Assembly (NCBI GenBank): GCA_950097015.1
Contig: CATNEN010000009.1
Coordinates: 124,001-188,000, forward strand
DNA: 64,000 nucleotides
Origin: Macrostomum hystrix
Lineage: Eukaryota; Animalia; Platyhelminthes
Direction of reading: 5' to 3'
The notes under the pieces: model-generated
The model's database searches: none
Seen by the model: only the letters and a program-made list of their open reading frames with translations
What the model was told of the DNA's origin: nothing
In this document: positions 1-11,299 of the stretch, one piece after another
Numbering within the stretch: position 1 is the first letter of the stretch
How the letters are laid out: every line of letters begins with the position of its first letter
Program-made: the position numbers and the translations under genes

Positions 1-792
1 GCGAATGCGCCTCTTCAAGGATGTATTCGATGGCAGAGCCAATCCCCAGTGGTTTCGTAACGGCTGATAAGCAGCAGGGCTCATGTGGTGCAGCTGCAAT
101 GATCTGTTGATGACATCCTTCGACCAGCGCACCCCCCGACTGCGAGAGCCCAGTCGACCACGAATGCACGACTGCGCTGCACTTTCCTTGGCCATCGAGA
201 GTTGCTGTTGCAGGCGTTTGATCATCGCTTGTCGCTTTCGGGATCGCCGCTGCAGTCGCTTTATCGTTGCCTCTCGTGCTTGGAATCGGCTGCGGAGGTG
301 AGAGCTCTCAGCAGCAATAGCTATTCTCGGTGCAGTATCTGGTAGCCAACGTTTGCTCTGCCACTGCACTGGCAGCAGGCAGGTCGCAGGCTCGGCTGCA
401 GGCAGATCGCTAATTGGCTCCAGCATTGGAGGGTACTTGTTGTCTGCTTCATCATCAGTTCTTTGCACAGAGGGTAGTTGGTCTATTCGAAAGAGCCGAG
501 GCAGCACCAGCTCTCGGTGTGGGATTGCGTCCCAGCGAAGACGGGTGTCTTGTTCGTGGCGCCTTGTAGGGCAGTTGTAGGCCTCGTCCGTAAAGTGCAA
601 GCTGCATACACGTAGGCCCCGTGACTTAATTGTTTGCAGGTCAATATCCAGCTCCAATAGCTGCTGCCAGCGCTTCGCCACAGTTTCATCTTTCGGAAAT
701 CTATGCATTCGCACCGGACATCCTTTCTCGGGTGGTGATAGCACAGAGCTCGTGCAAGTTGGAGCACAGCAGTGGTTCGAATTAAATGACAT
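1..792 (-). CDS. THAP zinc finger + P-element/THAP9-like transposase N-terminus (partial; runs off the left edge)
   Basis: Not in the ORF track (no stop inside the window). Hand translation from ATG 792 is open for all 264 codons: MSFNSNHCCAPTCTSS..RMHRFPKDETVAKRWQQLL..LRVCSLHFTDEAY..RLRWDAIPH gives the THAP C2CH signature (CxxxxC, HRFP, W, VCSxHF, AIP). A basic coiled-coil follows, then VRWSKDVINRSLQLHHMSPAAYQPLRNHWGLALPSNTSLKRRIR, resembling the P-transposase/THAP9 HTH motif (W..I..AL.L...SP.AY..LR....LPS..TL.R). An acceptor (tctcgtag) lies 2 nt before the ATG and a donor (AGG|GTGAGT) at 995. Confidence 0.8.
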   Translation of the reverse strand, partial: MSFNSNHCCAPTCTSSVLSPPEKGCPVRMHRFPKDETVAKRWQQLLELDIDLQTIKSRGLRVCSLHFTDEAYNCPTRRHEQDTRLRWDAIPHRELVLPRLFRIDQLPSVQRTDDEADNKYPPMLEPISDLPAAEPATCLLPVQWQSKRWLPDTAPRIAIAAESSHLRSRFQAREATIKRLQRRSRKRQAMIKRLQQQLSMAKESAAQSCIRGRLGSRSRGVRWSKDVINRSLQLHHMSPAAYQPLRNHWGLALPSNTSLKRRIR

Positions 793-1666
793 TTCTACGA
801 GATAGAAAAGCTAGTACTTTCAATAATAACTCTTGACTCTTCCTGTTTATCAATATAAGCTTGTATTTAAACACGATTCGCCAGCCCCAAAATTTCTAAC
901 CTCTCAAACCTCCACCTCCTAACCCAGGCTAGCTATATGCAGTCCTTGGTTTTCTATCCCCACCACCTGTGCGCCTAAATTATCGATCCACTCACCCTGC
1001 CTTATACGAAACCGATATCAACCCCATTTCAGACTACACCCTTCCTCCACTTTAAAAGATAAGCAGCATTGTACACTGCCGCGTCTTAATGTACACCATT
1101 ACTGCCCAAAACAAGTTAGTTGTCGATGACGATCTTATAGCAAACGATGTCTTGAAAACAGTCGCTCGATTTGTCTAACTTAGCAAATAATACTGTTGCT
1201 TACTTTCATTGCTACTAAGCAGAAAGTAGAATAAAAAACTTGCCCAGAAAGTTAGCCTGAGTGGCCTATCTAGTGTTTATAGTTTCTGTGGTGGGAATTT
1301 TCAACTTTCAATCTAGCTTGCAGTTGAATTTTGTTTTATGGATGACAATCGGGATTTTCAAAAGCAGCTTTATGTATATATGCACATAATATTGATTTTT
1401 TCTAACAGTTATTGGTATTTAAAATTTTGACTGATTTAATTGAGTTCCTTACATTATAAATCAGAAAATTATTTGCTAGGGTTTTCATCTGATAAAAATA
1501 AGAATTTTGCTGAATCAAGTTTTTTAATTATGGCTAGGCTAACAGATAAAAAGGTGTATATGGACCAAATAAAAAACAAGAAAATATTTTGTCCCCCAGA
1601 AGCCAATGTTAAAGTATTTTGTGCTATGCTATTAAAGTTACTCTAGTGCTAGGGCAGTGCATCAAG

Positions 1667-1890
1667 TGGAGCTTCCAGCCTCCAGTAGTGCCTCATTTTG
1701 GAGGTGCACACAAGGTGAGCCCTAACATGTGATTCTGGGCAATGCAGATATCAACAACAAGGAGCCACAGTCCACAGTCACCAAAGCTGGGTGCTGCTCA
1801 ATATGCAACTAATCACCTATCAAAAGGCTATTAATCCAAGAGACAAAGAGCCACTCACACCAAACAACTTTCTGCATGGACAGTGTCAAT
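1667..1890 (+). mobile_element. Degraded BEL/Pao integrase fragment
   Basis: tggagcttccagcctccagtagtgcctcattttggaggtgcacac = WSFQPPVVPHFGGAH (BEL W.F.PP.APH.GG..E motif). Downstream gacaaagagccactcacaccaaacaactttctgcatgga = DKEPLTPNNFLHG (BEL EPLTP.HFL.G). Frame is disrupted. Confidence 0.65.
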
Positions 1891-2714
1891 GCCAATTTGT
1901 GCTGATTGGCGAGAATCTGACATTGCTGATATTGAGCTAGATCATTAAAGTGAGACCTTGGGCATGCAGAACAATGTTTACCCAAATCTGTGAATGAATT
2001 AGTGATTCAAGTTGCAAGCTGTGATTTTTATAGCAAACTTTCAAAGGTTATCATGGAAACCCAGTTTCCAGATTGAATACCTTTGCTTCTGCCATCAGCA
2101 TTAAACTGATCACTCAAGATTTAAACTAGTTTGAAAACAATTGATCCAATATCAGTAAAGTCTGAGAGAGCTTTTTAAGCTGAGGGCATCTCCACAAAAA
2201 ATTCCAAAGCTGAATGTCAAGCTATACTTGGACTTCATTCTACTTTTAATTCTTGTGCTGACTATATAATTCTCAAAAATGGTCTTTAGTGTTATATGTG
2301 AATACTACCAGCTAGGACTGTTTGCTTTTTTGCTATAGGTTGACTTTTGTATCTGCTTAAAATTTGAAAACAGCTTGACTTTTAGATGGACAAAAATATA
2401 CTATTCTACCCCCCTCAAAATATTTTATAAATAGACTACCAGTGAAGGTCATATTAAAAATACAACTAAATATATCTGCAATACATCAAGAGATTGCTTA
2501 GGCTTAAGTTCTTGATTGAACTGCATGTTGAAGGCAATTGGGCATCTGTGACTTTAAGTCAGCAGACAGGGGTTTAGTAATATGGAACTCTAATAATTAT
2601 CTTTAAGAAACATTTCCTATTCCTCTTTGATTGCTTGGAAATTGGAATATAAAAAGCTTATATTATAAATATTATAGTGTAGTAGGGATACTTTTTTGTA
2701 CATCAAATTGGTAC

Positions 2715-2984
2715 TATACATGCGCAACACCTGGCCAACCCGGCCAAACCGGCCGGTTGAAACAAGGGCCAAGCAAGGTAAGTGGCAAAAACCAATCGAC
2801 CAAGTGCAAAAAAATCAAAGGGGGGACCAAGGGACAACAAACTAAGTTGCAAATGAGAGCAAACTAAGTCACAAATGAGAGCAAACTAAGTTGTAAATAG
2901 AGCAATGAATGAAGGTATGTCGCATTTTAGGCTTAAAAACTAAGTCGCACAGCCGGCTAAGATTTGGGAAGTTACATATGTATG
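2715..2984. mobile_element. MITE copy 1 (CATACATGCGCAAC-TIR family)
   Basis: Degenerate TIRs tatacatgcgcaac / gttacatatgtatg; perfect 8-bp TSD ATTGGTAC (2707-2714, 2985-2992). Internal sequence matches copies at 30240, 57346, 57706 and 58130. Confidence 0.9.
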
Positions 2985-4400
2985 ATTGGTACCAATATTT
3001 TTTTTACATTTTAACTTGTTATATATGATTTATATATAAATTATTATCGATATTCTGTTAAATTAACTCATTTTAACAATATATATTCTGTATATACATA
3101 GTTGTAGTTTCTGTGCACCAAGACAACTCACCAGTGCAGTGCATCTAAACAGAAAAATATTCTGTCCAGTTAACCTGACAAATAACAACTGCCTAAAGTA
3201 AAAGCCTTTTAAAATTCAGGTAAAAATGTACTTTCATAGAAAATGGGTTTCACAGCTTTTACTATTTGACAAAACTGGTGAAAATGATTTAGAGCATATA
3301 ACCAAAATACACAATGACTTGCTATTGCTCTTTACATTCTATTTGGCTAGGCCTAACAAAACTATAATTTTATATATATATAAATATAATAAGTATAGCT
3401 TTAGACTCAAGTCAATTTATAATAGAAACATTTCTATTATAAACTAGGCTTACTAAATGTTTAAAAGAAAAACTAAAAATTAATAAAGAAACACCTAATA
3501 GAAAAAAGACAATGCTGTGGTTTCATAGGCCTAATCTAACTGAATTTGACCAATTTTTAACCTTCTCAGCCCTTGCTAGTATGGCTGGACATCCTGCAGG
3601 TGCAGCTGTAACATGCTTTTTCTTGCATCTTTAGGATTCCTGTAATGAATTATTTTATGAACTTTTAAACATACTTGAGCCACGTAATCATAGCTGGGAA
3701 ACTTCAGCACCCAAGACCCATAACCCTAACCCGATTCTGAACCCTCAAATAGTTAAACCAACTATTGAACTTGATTTAACTGAAATCATGTCATGTCATG
3801 AACCATTCTGAATTGATAGCCTTAATTAAAGTGTTAAAAAGAACGACACGTACATTTCGCACAACTACACAACACAGCGCTTTTTAGATACCAATGAGGC
3901 ACGAGTACTTGCATGTCAATAAACAGTAATTATGAAAGATTGGAAAAGGTGACCACATTCTCTTCTCTATAAGATCAGAAATCGTTTTATATATATGAAA
4001 CTTTATAATTTAAAATATTTTATGTATATAACGACAATAATTAATTTATAAAAATACACGAATAAGTTAAGCCGGAAATAAGGTAATAAATACCTAAATT
4101 TTGTCCTTTTCTTACATACCTGAATTATATCAAAACTTTTATACACGTGTTAATATTATTGCACAAAATCTCTTTTTAAAGGCTCTTAGATTTACTGATG
4201 TATAAATAATAATTTTAATATAGCTGCAAGACAGCTTAAAAAGAGTCCATAGATTCAGAAAGTTTAACTGCTTAATATTCACATTTTTTCGCAGAGTTCC
4301 CGTGTTCGCGTGTTCGCATGTGCATTAAGCAGCATTGGCAGTTTAATTAGACAAGTTTTTGCTTGAATATTTGTATTGCTCTCATAATTTAGCTGAATAT

Positions 4401-6230
4401 ATGGCAAATCCAACACCGGTCGAAAAAGTTTTCAAAGTTCGAATGTCTAGAGGAGAGACTGACGACGCTGATATCGATTTGGAAAGAGTAGAAGACTATG
4501 TACTTTTTGATGAACGTGACAATGCAATTCGATTTGGAGACATTTACAAGCTAAAGAAGACTATAATTGTCTTTCTTCGCGTAAGTATGTGCAACTTACT
4601 ATTTTCTATGGCTTTAACTGCAGCTTCTGACAATTGTTTCTTCTATTCATAAAAATAATAATTATATTAATTAATGTAGCTTTAGGCCTATAGCTGACAA
4701 GATTGGTACAGTTACATTTACTGGTCCGACCGAGCGTAGCTTGGTTGGAGGTTAAACCGGGGGATTGGGGGCTTGTGCATTGGTGCGGGGGTGCATGTAC
4801 GTTGCCTGGTCGCGGGGCGGCCCCCCTTGGGGTCGGCCTTGCCCAGCCCTATTTAGAGTGGCGCGCTGTGCACCGGCGGCGTCTCTCCGAGAGGCTTATT
4901 GATTTTTTTGCATCAATGTTTCTGCTTTTAATTCACAATGAATAGTGTTTCTCTTTTAAATTGCCTTTGTATCGCTCATTAAATAAAATTAGAGTTAGCT
5001 CATTGATAATGCTCGATTCTTAAGGGCCAGGTTCGAACTTGCACCCGCCGTGCCAACTGCCTGGCTTCGACTCAGTGGTTTAATAGGGCCTAAAATAATG
5101 GGTTGAGACCTAAAAGCTGACGAAAGGAATCTTAAAGTTAACATTGCGTTCAGTTGTTTACTTTTTTATTAGATTACTCTTACATTATATTTGTTAAAAA
5201 CAGGTGACAATTGCAACTTGCAAAAGTTTTACAACTTTTGCTGACTTTTGACGATTATGAAGCACAGTTTTTTTTAGCAGAAATGCATTTTTAAGCTTTT
5301 AAATAACAAATATATAATTATGGTAAGTCTAATAAATAATCTAACAAATTCCATAGATTTTAGATCTTTATTATTCAGGCAAATGTATTCAATGTCATAT
5401 ACTTTATTTACATAGTTGTTTTGAATTGCCCTCCATTTTCAGCACCCACAGTGCTTTACAGTTAAAGAGTATATGGACGATCTCTGTCGTGTGTCAAACG
5501 AGATGCTAGAAGAAGTGAATGTACAGCTGGCTGTTGTGTTGCCATCCAAGGCTGAGACAGCATTCGTGAGTATCATTATAAGAAAGCTTAGATTTTTTGT
5601 AAGCGTTTTAGGCTAAAACACATTCACTAAATTCTAGACATTCCGCTCGGAATTCATGCTCGGCTACTCTGTCTACTGCGACCCTGAGATGGCGCTGTAC
5701 AAGGAGCTTGGCTACTCGCAAACTGGAAGCCCTACAGGTTCGTCCTTACTGGGTTTTGAAATCGCATTTGTCTGCGATGTCTATGTTTTAGGGTACTCCA
5801 TGTACTATTGATACTGTCTTTGGATATATTAATAGATTTAATTTTCACTATACATGGCTCGATTTTATATCTAGTTATGGGAGCTGATACATAAGTACTG
5901 TAAATGTATATATATGCGCAATAGCTATCGCTGCCTAAGCTATATGGCTCATCAATTTTTGCTGCAGAAAGCATTGCCTCTAGCAAGCACGTAAAGTCCG
6001 GCTGGATATCTGGCATCCTACAGAGCACGTACCGCGCCATGTGGTACCAGGACTTCTCCGCCAACATGTACCAGAATGGAGGCTGTCTAGTGGCGGGGCC
6101 AGGCCGTCTGCTGCACTTTTACCACAGGGACAAGTGCCTCTTCGACCAGGTGCCCATAAATCAGGTACTGGAGTTTGTTGGCGCCAGCGTTATCAGCTTT
6201 CCTAAGGACATGCGAGTCATCACTGTGTGA
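4401..6230 (+). CDS. PRXL2C: Peroxiredoxin-like 2C / AhpC-TSA antioxidant enzyme domain protein (AAED1-like), 4 exons
   Basis: Exons 4401-4580, 5443-5565, 5638-5737 and 5968-6230 with GT-AG introns splice in frame: ..IRFGDIYKLKKTIIVFLR|HPQCFTVKEYMDDL..|..VYCDPEMALYKELG..|..HVKSGWISGILQSTYRAM..QNGGCLVAGPGRLLHFYHRDKCLFDQVPINQVLEFVGASVISF. This is colinear with PRXL2C as I recall it (VVVFVRHFLCYICKEY; YVDPEREIYKRLG; QQGGTLILGPG..HFIHRD..DHKPINSVLQLVG). Confidence 0.88.
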
Positions 6231-8176
6231 GACTAGAAGAATGAAACTAAAACTCATGTCAGTGGGATTCCAAAGGGGTAGCCAGAAGATAATTACGGCG
6301 TTAGGTCCTTCGCTCAGTACTGTCCTGTCTACTTTTTTGTCAATATGACTGGGATAGGAAGTATTTTTTTAAACTTCCACTTTTTATAAAACTTGTTCAT
6401 GACTTGCTGAGGTGCTGCTGAGGCACAAAAATCTTCCACTAGTGCGTTTTTCTGGCACGATGTTCCAGCAATTTTTCACAACGATTTTGTAGCTTTGCTT
6501 CCTAGAAAAATACTTTTTACGTTACTCGTATTTCCTAAATTAAAGTGCTTCTAAATACAGCTGCAGCTAGACCAATGGACGTTAGATAATCAACCTACAA
6601 TTCTCCACAAAATTCACAGGGCTCCTCGCAGGTCAATCAACCATGTTCTTTCTGAACGCGACATCATTGCTTGTGGAAGCCATACAAAGATTAGAAGAAA
6701 ACAAGCGCATGTGTAATGACACTTAAAACACTTAAATAGAACAGCAAGGGTGGATTTATGTGAGAACCATTTACATAGGTATATAATAACGTTGGAGTAA
6801 CTGTAAAAACTCAGTAGAATCTAATTTAACAGGATTAGCATTACCTATTAAGCTATTTGCTTCATATACAGCTAGTACAGTATATAGGGCCTATTGTACA
6901 TGCTTGGAAAATGGTTGTAAATAGTTGAAAATGTATAGAAAAATACGGACAGCTGAAGCTAAGTTCTTCTTAGTTTCTGCTTATCACCTACTTCAGTATA
7001 TGGCTGGAGAATTTGATAAATTGGAAGTTGTCGAAACTTTCTCGCCATACTATAAAACTACGTCAGTATCTGACGCAAAAGTGTAGCCATGCTGCAGTGG
7101 TGCTCGAGATATGTGCAGACTAACATACGTATTCAATGCACTATGCACGAATATCAGTGCATTGTGGGTGCGTTTTGAGTCACTTAGGAACAATGAATAA
7201 ACGAATCACATGCGCGTAAGAGAGAGAGAAGCTAAAACTGATTGACAACAACACTGATAATTAGTGACACGTTGCGTTACAAGACTCACAAAAGTCAATA
7301 AAATATTTCGCAAACTTTACAAATATTTCATTAACTGTCATAATAGATCTTCGGACTTCATTTATCCTATGAATAATGGAAATCCTTCCGAGGCTCAATT
7401 AGAGCTCGCGAACAGTAACCGACAAAAGTTGCTGCTGAAAGATCCAACGGAGCAAAAAAACGTTTACGGGTCGAGGTTTAAACGTTATACTCGATCAAAA
7501 TCTGAACGGTTGAACAAAATTGTAAATCTTTCTGCAACACAGATCGTAAAAAGATTTGCGTCCCTAGGGTAGTTTAAAAAGCTTACGAAACTACGGTCTG
7601 AGTGGTAAACAACAATGTACACTCAGTGGAATCAACACGGATACGGAGAAGCTACGAAACAAGAGCTTTTAAGAGCTGAGGAGAAGCTGTCTCTGAGGGC
7701 GAAAGAGAGCTGCTGGGTGTCAAGAAGGCAGAGCAGCTGAAGGCGCAGCCAAGCATATAGTGGATGGGTTATTTGAAACCATAGTAAATTTGGCTCTGCC
7801 ATTCGATTTCTCAACGTTTCGTCCTCTTTGATTACTCTTTATTACACTTACACTTACACTTATTACACTTACTCGAGATTACACTTATCATAACTGTTCT
7901 GAGGAAAGCTTTGAAAAATATCATGGGCAGATGACTGAGGGCTGAATTTCAGATGCTCTCAGGAGCTCATAAACCTCAGAAAAAACTGAGGAAAAAAACT
8001 GTGAAAAAAGACGGCCCCATCGCAAACGGTTAATTTTCCATCACGCGAATGTCAATTATTTCAGAGAGGCAGTCCCCACTGCAGTGCTAAACATTAACAT
8101 AGTCGACTGTTAAAGTTAGAACCTCGATCAGTCTGACACATCAGGACCTTACGATCTCAAGCAATTGCAGGCCAAG

Positions 8177-11100
8177 TTAATGATGCAGCTGTTGTGAAGG
8201 CAATGGTGGCGGGGGATCAGGTGGGCGCAAGGCAGGTGGCTGAGCCACGAGCAGCAGAGCGCGGAGCACAGAGCTTGGCGGCAGGCCGACGATGGCTGAG
8301 TAAAGACGTATGAACTCACCGACCTCAGTTTGGGAGCGGCTAGCCAGCCAGCGTAGGGAGCGGCGTCGCCCTCCTGCTGGAGCTGGGGCGTCGTGGGCGA
8401 CTGCTGCTTCTACCGCGGCGGTCTCAGCGGCCTCCTCTGGTAAACGATCAGCATTACAGAAAGCGCAGTAGAAAGCCAGTGCCATTAGAAGGTCCGGGCA
8501 GCGGCCTACCATGGTGGCCAAGTCGGCGGGCAGCGATGGTGCTTCAAGCTGCTGCGTTTTAACGATGGTGCTTCTGCGACAAAGCAGAGCAAGGGCAGCA
8601 AAAGCCAGCGCCAGACCGCGGCTGTTCAGTTGCAGCAGTGCGAGACGGTGGCGTGGGCTGAGCAGGCAGATGCTGGGTAGGGCGGAGAGCAGACTTCCCG
8701 CCAGCTGGAAGCCCCCGGCGCTGCCGTTGCAGAGCCCGAAGATATCGCTGACTCCGCCAGTTGAATCAGTGTTGTCAGCGGCGCAGTAGCGGTAGAAGGC
8801 AGCTAGAGCTTCGCGAACAGAACCAAGCATCTCCTCGGAGGCTACTGGGAGTTGCTGCTGCTGTGCGTTGGCACCACTGCCACCTGCTCCATCCGGGCCG
8901 CCGATCCAGTAGGCAAAGCTAGTTGCTGAGTGCCTGGGCCTGAAGGATTTCCGGCGATGAAATGATCGCTATCTTACACTAACTATGTCTATGTCTAGAT
9001 ACGCGTATCGTTGGTCTACTACTGGTATCTAAATAAACAGACCTCGACAATGCAAATATGAGAACAGAATAAATACAATAACTAATAGTCAGACATACTC
9101 TAATAATACAAAGTTCCCATATTCCAGCTGAAGCCGTCAGCAAACAATGAAACTGCTCGATAATCAAGGGTAAAGGGTGAAAGGGTAAAGTTAAAGTTGA
9201 GTATGTGATCGTTAGAACTGGGTAAGATGCGCTGTGCTCTTGTGCTTGTGTGTGGGGAAGTGAATTGGCGGCTTGGTTGTGTAGTTTTGGGTATTGCTTA
9301 GTATGGGAAAGACTAGTCAAGTTCTTTTTTATTCCGACTGATATAAAGTTAAGACCTAATAAGATTGTATACGCTATAAGCATTTTCATGAGTACGCACA
9401 TAATTCTGTTGGGATTAATTGTTTTTAAATCCAGACCGGTACGCACTTCTTAGCCCATGACTAGCCCGAAGTTCTCACCCCATCGTTGGCAGGCAGCCAG
9501 GAGGTGGCGGCCGCTGGTTGGTCAGCTCCGAAAGCTGGCAACCAGTGCCCAGCCAAAGGCAGCTGTTTGCCACGGTGGCGGTCACTATAGGCGGCGGTGG
9601 CGGTGGCGCGAGCGGCGGCGGTGGTGGGGGAGGCATAAGCGGAGGCTGTGGCAGCGGAGGTGGCAGCTGCTGCTTGGGTAGCCAGAAAGAGAAGCCTGGG
9701 CGGTTCTCCTTGCGGCCGCGGTAGTTGGCACGAGTCACCAACTTGCACAATGCTGCGGGTGGTACACGATTCTGTGCCCATCTGCACAATGATCTATTCT
9801 ATAGAGAATATATGTATTAAATATATTAGTTTCTAACGAATAAACCCTATTCAATCAATATTCACAAAAATTCAACTCACGCGTGATGAGCTCAGGCTTC
9901 ATGCCAGCTGCCAGGCAGCGCTTCAGCCGACAAGCAGGGCAGCGCTTGCGCAGACGACCCGCTGTCGGGCAATTTCCGGTCAGCCTGCAGAGCTGCAACT
10001 GTTACGTTGGTTGAAGTGGGACAGAGTCAGGCTTGACTTACTTTGACTTAGCTGCAGGGTGCTCCGTACCGGCGGACGCAGCGAGGAGGCGGAGGGGACC
10101 GCCCATTCCGCTAACCCCTGGCCAGAGTCAGGCTTGAACTATTTTAACGCTTAACGTTTTTTCATGCGTCAAGTTTCCAGACTGGCTTGGCTGTGTGGGT
10201 GTGGGAAATGCTATATACCTTTTTGCAGCCCTTTTGATACTCCGAGTACTCAACCGAATCTCAACCGAATGAGAAAGTTGAAAAATGTAATATAGGTAAA
10301 AAAACTAAACCAAAGCAACGGCTGAGGTGAATGCAGGGGCAGCTACCTGCACATTTTGACATTTTTTCCTGACTGCATAGCAGGAAAAGCAATTACTTGA
10401 AGCCAGCAGGAATCGCATGACTGAACTTCCCCTGGTTACATCCCATCCCCGGCTTCAGAATTTCGTTGCTATAAAGTAGTTTTTACATATTTACATTGTG
10501 TTTTCCAATCATGCGGTTGAAGTCGATAAGTGCCTCTGCGAAGTTGAAAAAATATAAAAATCCGCTCATTGGATTGAATTGATGTCTCTCTGCCCCAGTC
10601 TGTCATATGACTGGCAGAGGGCCTAGTGCTGCATAGCTAAATTGAGTGCTCGCTAGGCTGCTAGGCTGCAAAATGGTATGTTATAGCTTCATTTATTGAC
10701 CATTCCTAGCATTAATAGCATGAAACAGTGGGTTCGGGTCAGGGTGTGAAGCACTCTTAGGGCAGGTGTGGGCAGATAAGCAGGAAAAGAGAAGCCGGAA
10801 GGAAATAGCCAACCCTGGCGTCGAATTGAAATCTCCAAGCACTGCGACGGAAAAATGCTTTGCAGCTCTCGCAGCTGAGCACATCAAAGTTGTAGCCGGA
10901 GGCCTGCGACTGGCAGATAACGCACAATGGCGTGCCACCATGGGTCGTAAGCTTTCTACGTCGGCGCTGAACTGCGACAATCGTGTGTGACTGCAGCGAA
11001 GACTGAGAGAGTGCTAGAGGCTCCGGGTTGCCAGATAGCGATGGCGGCAACAGCGGCAGCGTCTGAGACAGTGGTGGTCCCTGGTGGTGGTGATGATGGT

Positions 11101-11299
11101 GCTGGAGCTGGTGCTGGTGCTGGTGCTGGTGGAGCCCTGGATGATGATACTGTCCACCGAAAATCGCTATCGACTGCATATTTGAGGTTCCCACGTCTCT
11201 GACGATGCCGCTACAGCGAGGCATGCCGGGCCAGGAGAATACGGCGGCTGCTGTGGCGGCTTGTTGAAGCGAGGCCACTGCCGTTGTGAACCGGTGCAT
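8177..11299 (-). CDS. Nuclear hormone receptor, NR1J (HR96/DAF-12/NHR-8) type, about 4 coding exons
   Basis: Exon ~11299-10814 carries zinc finger 1 (CVICQSQASGYNFDVLSCESCKAFFRRSA; GYNF and P-box ESCKA are NR1J hallmarks). Exon 9998-9881 carries zinc finger 2 (LQLCRLTGNCPTAGRLRKRCPACRLKRCLAAGMKPELI). A Pro-rich hinge exon spans ~9750-9479 (acceptor uncertain). Exon ~8939-8177 has LBD-like motifs LPSICLLSPRHRLALLQ and LLMALAFYCAFCNADR. The start codon is uncertain. Confidence 0.85.

Noticed and set aside
7670-7830. Hammerhead ribozyme / Penelope end (ctgagga..cgaaa; gacgaaacgt on minus)
   Set aside because: Stem II does not pair, and no CUGANGA core lines up with the GAAAC on the minus strand.
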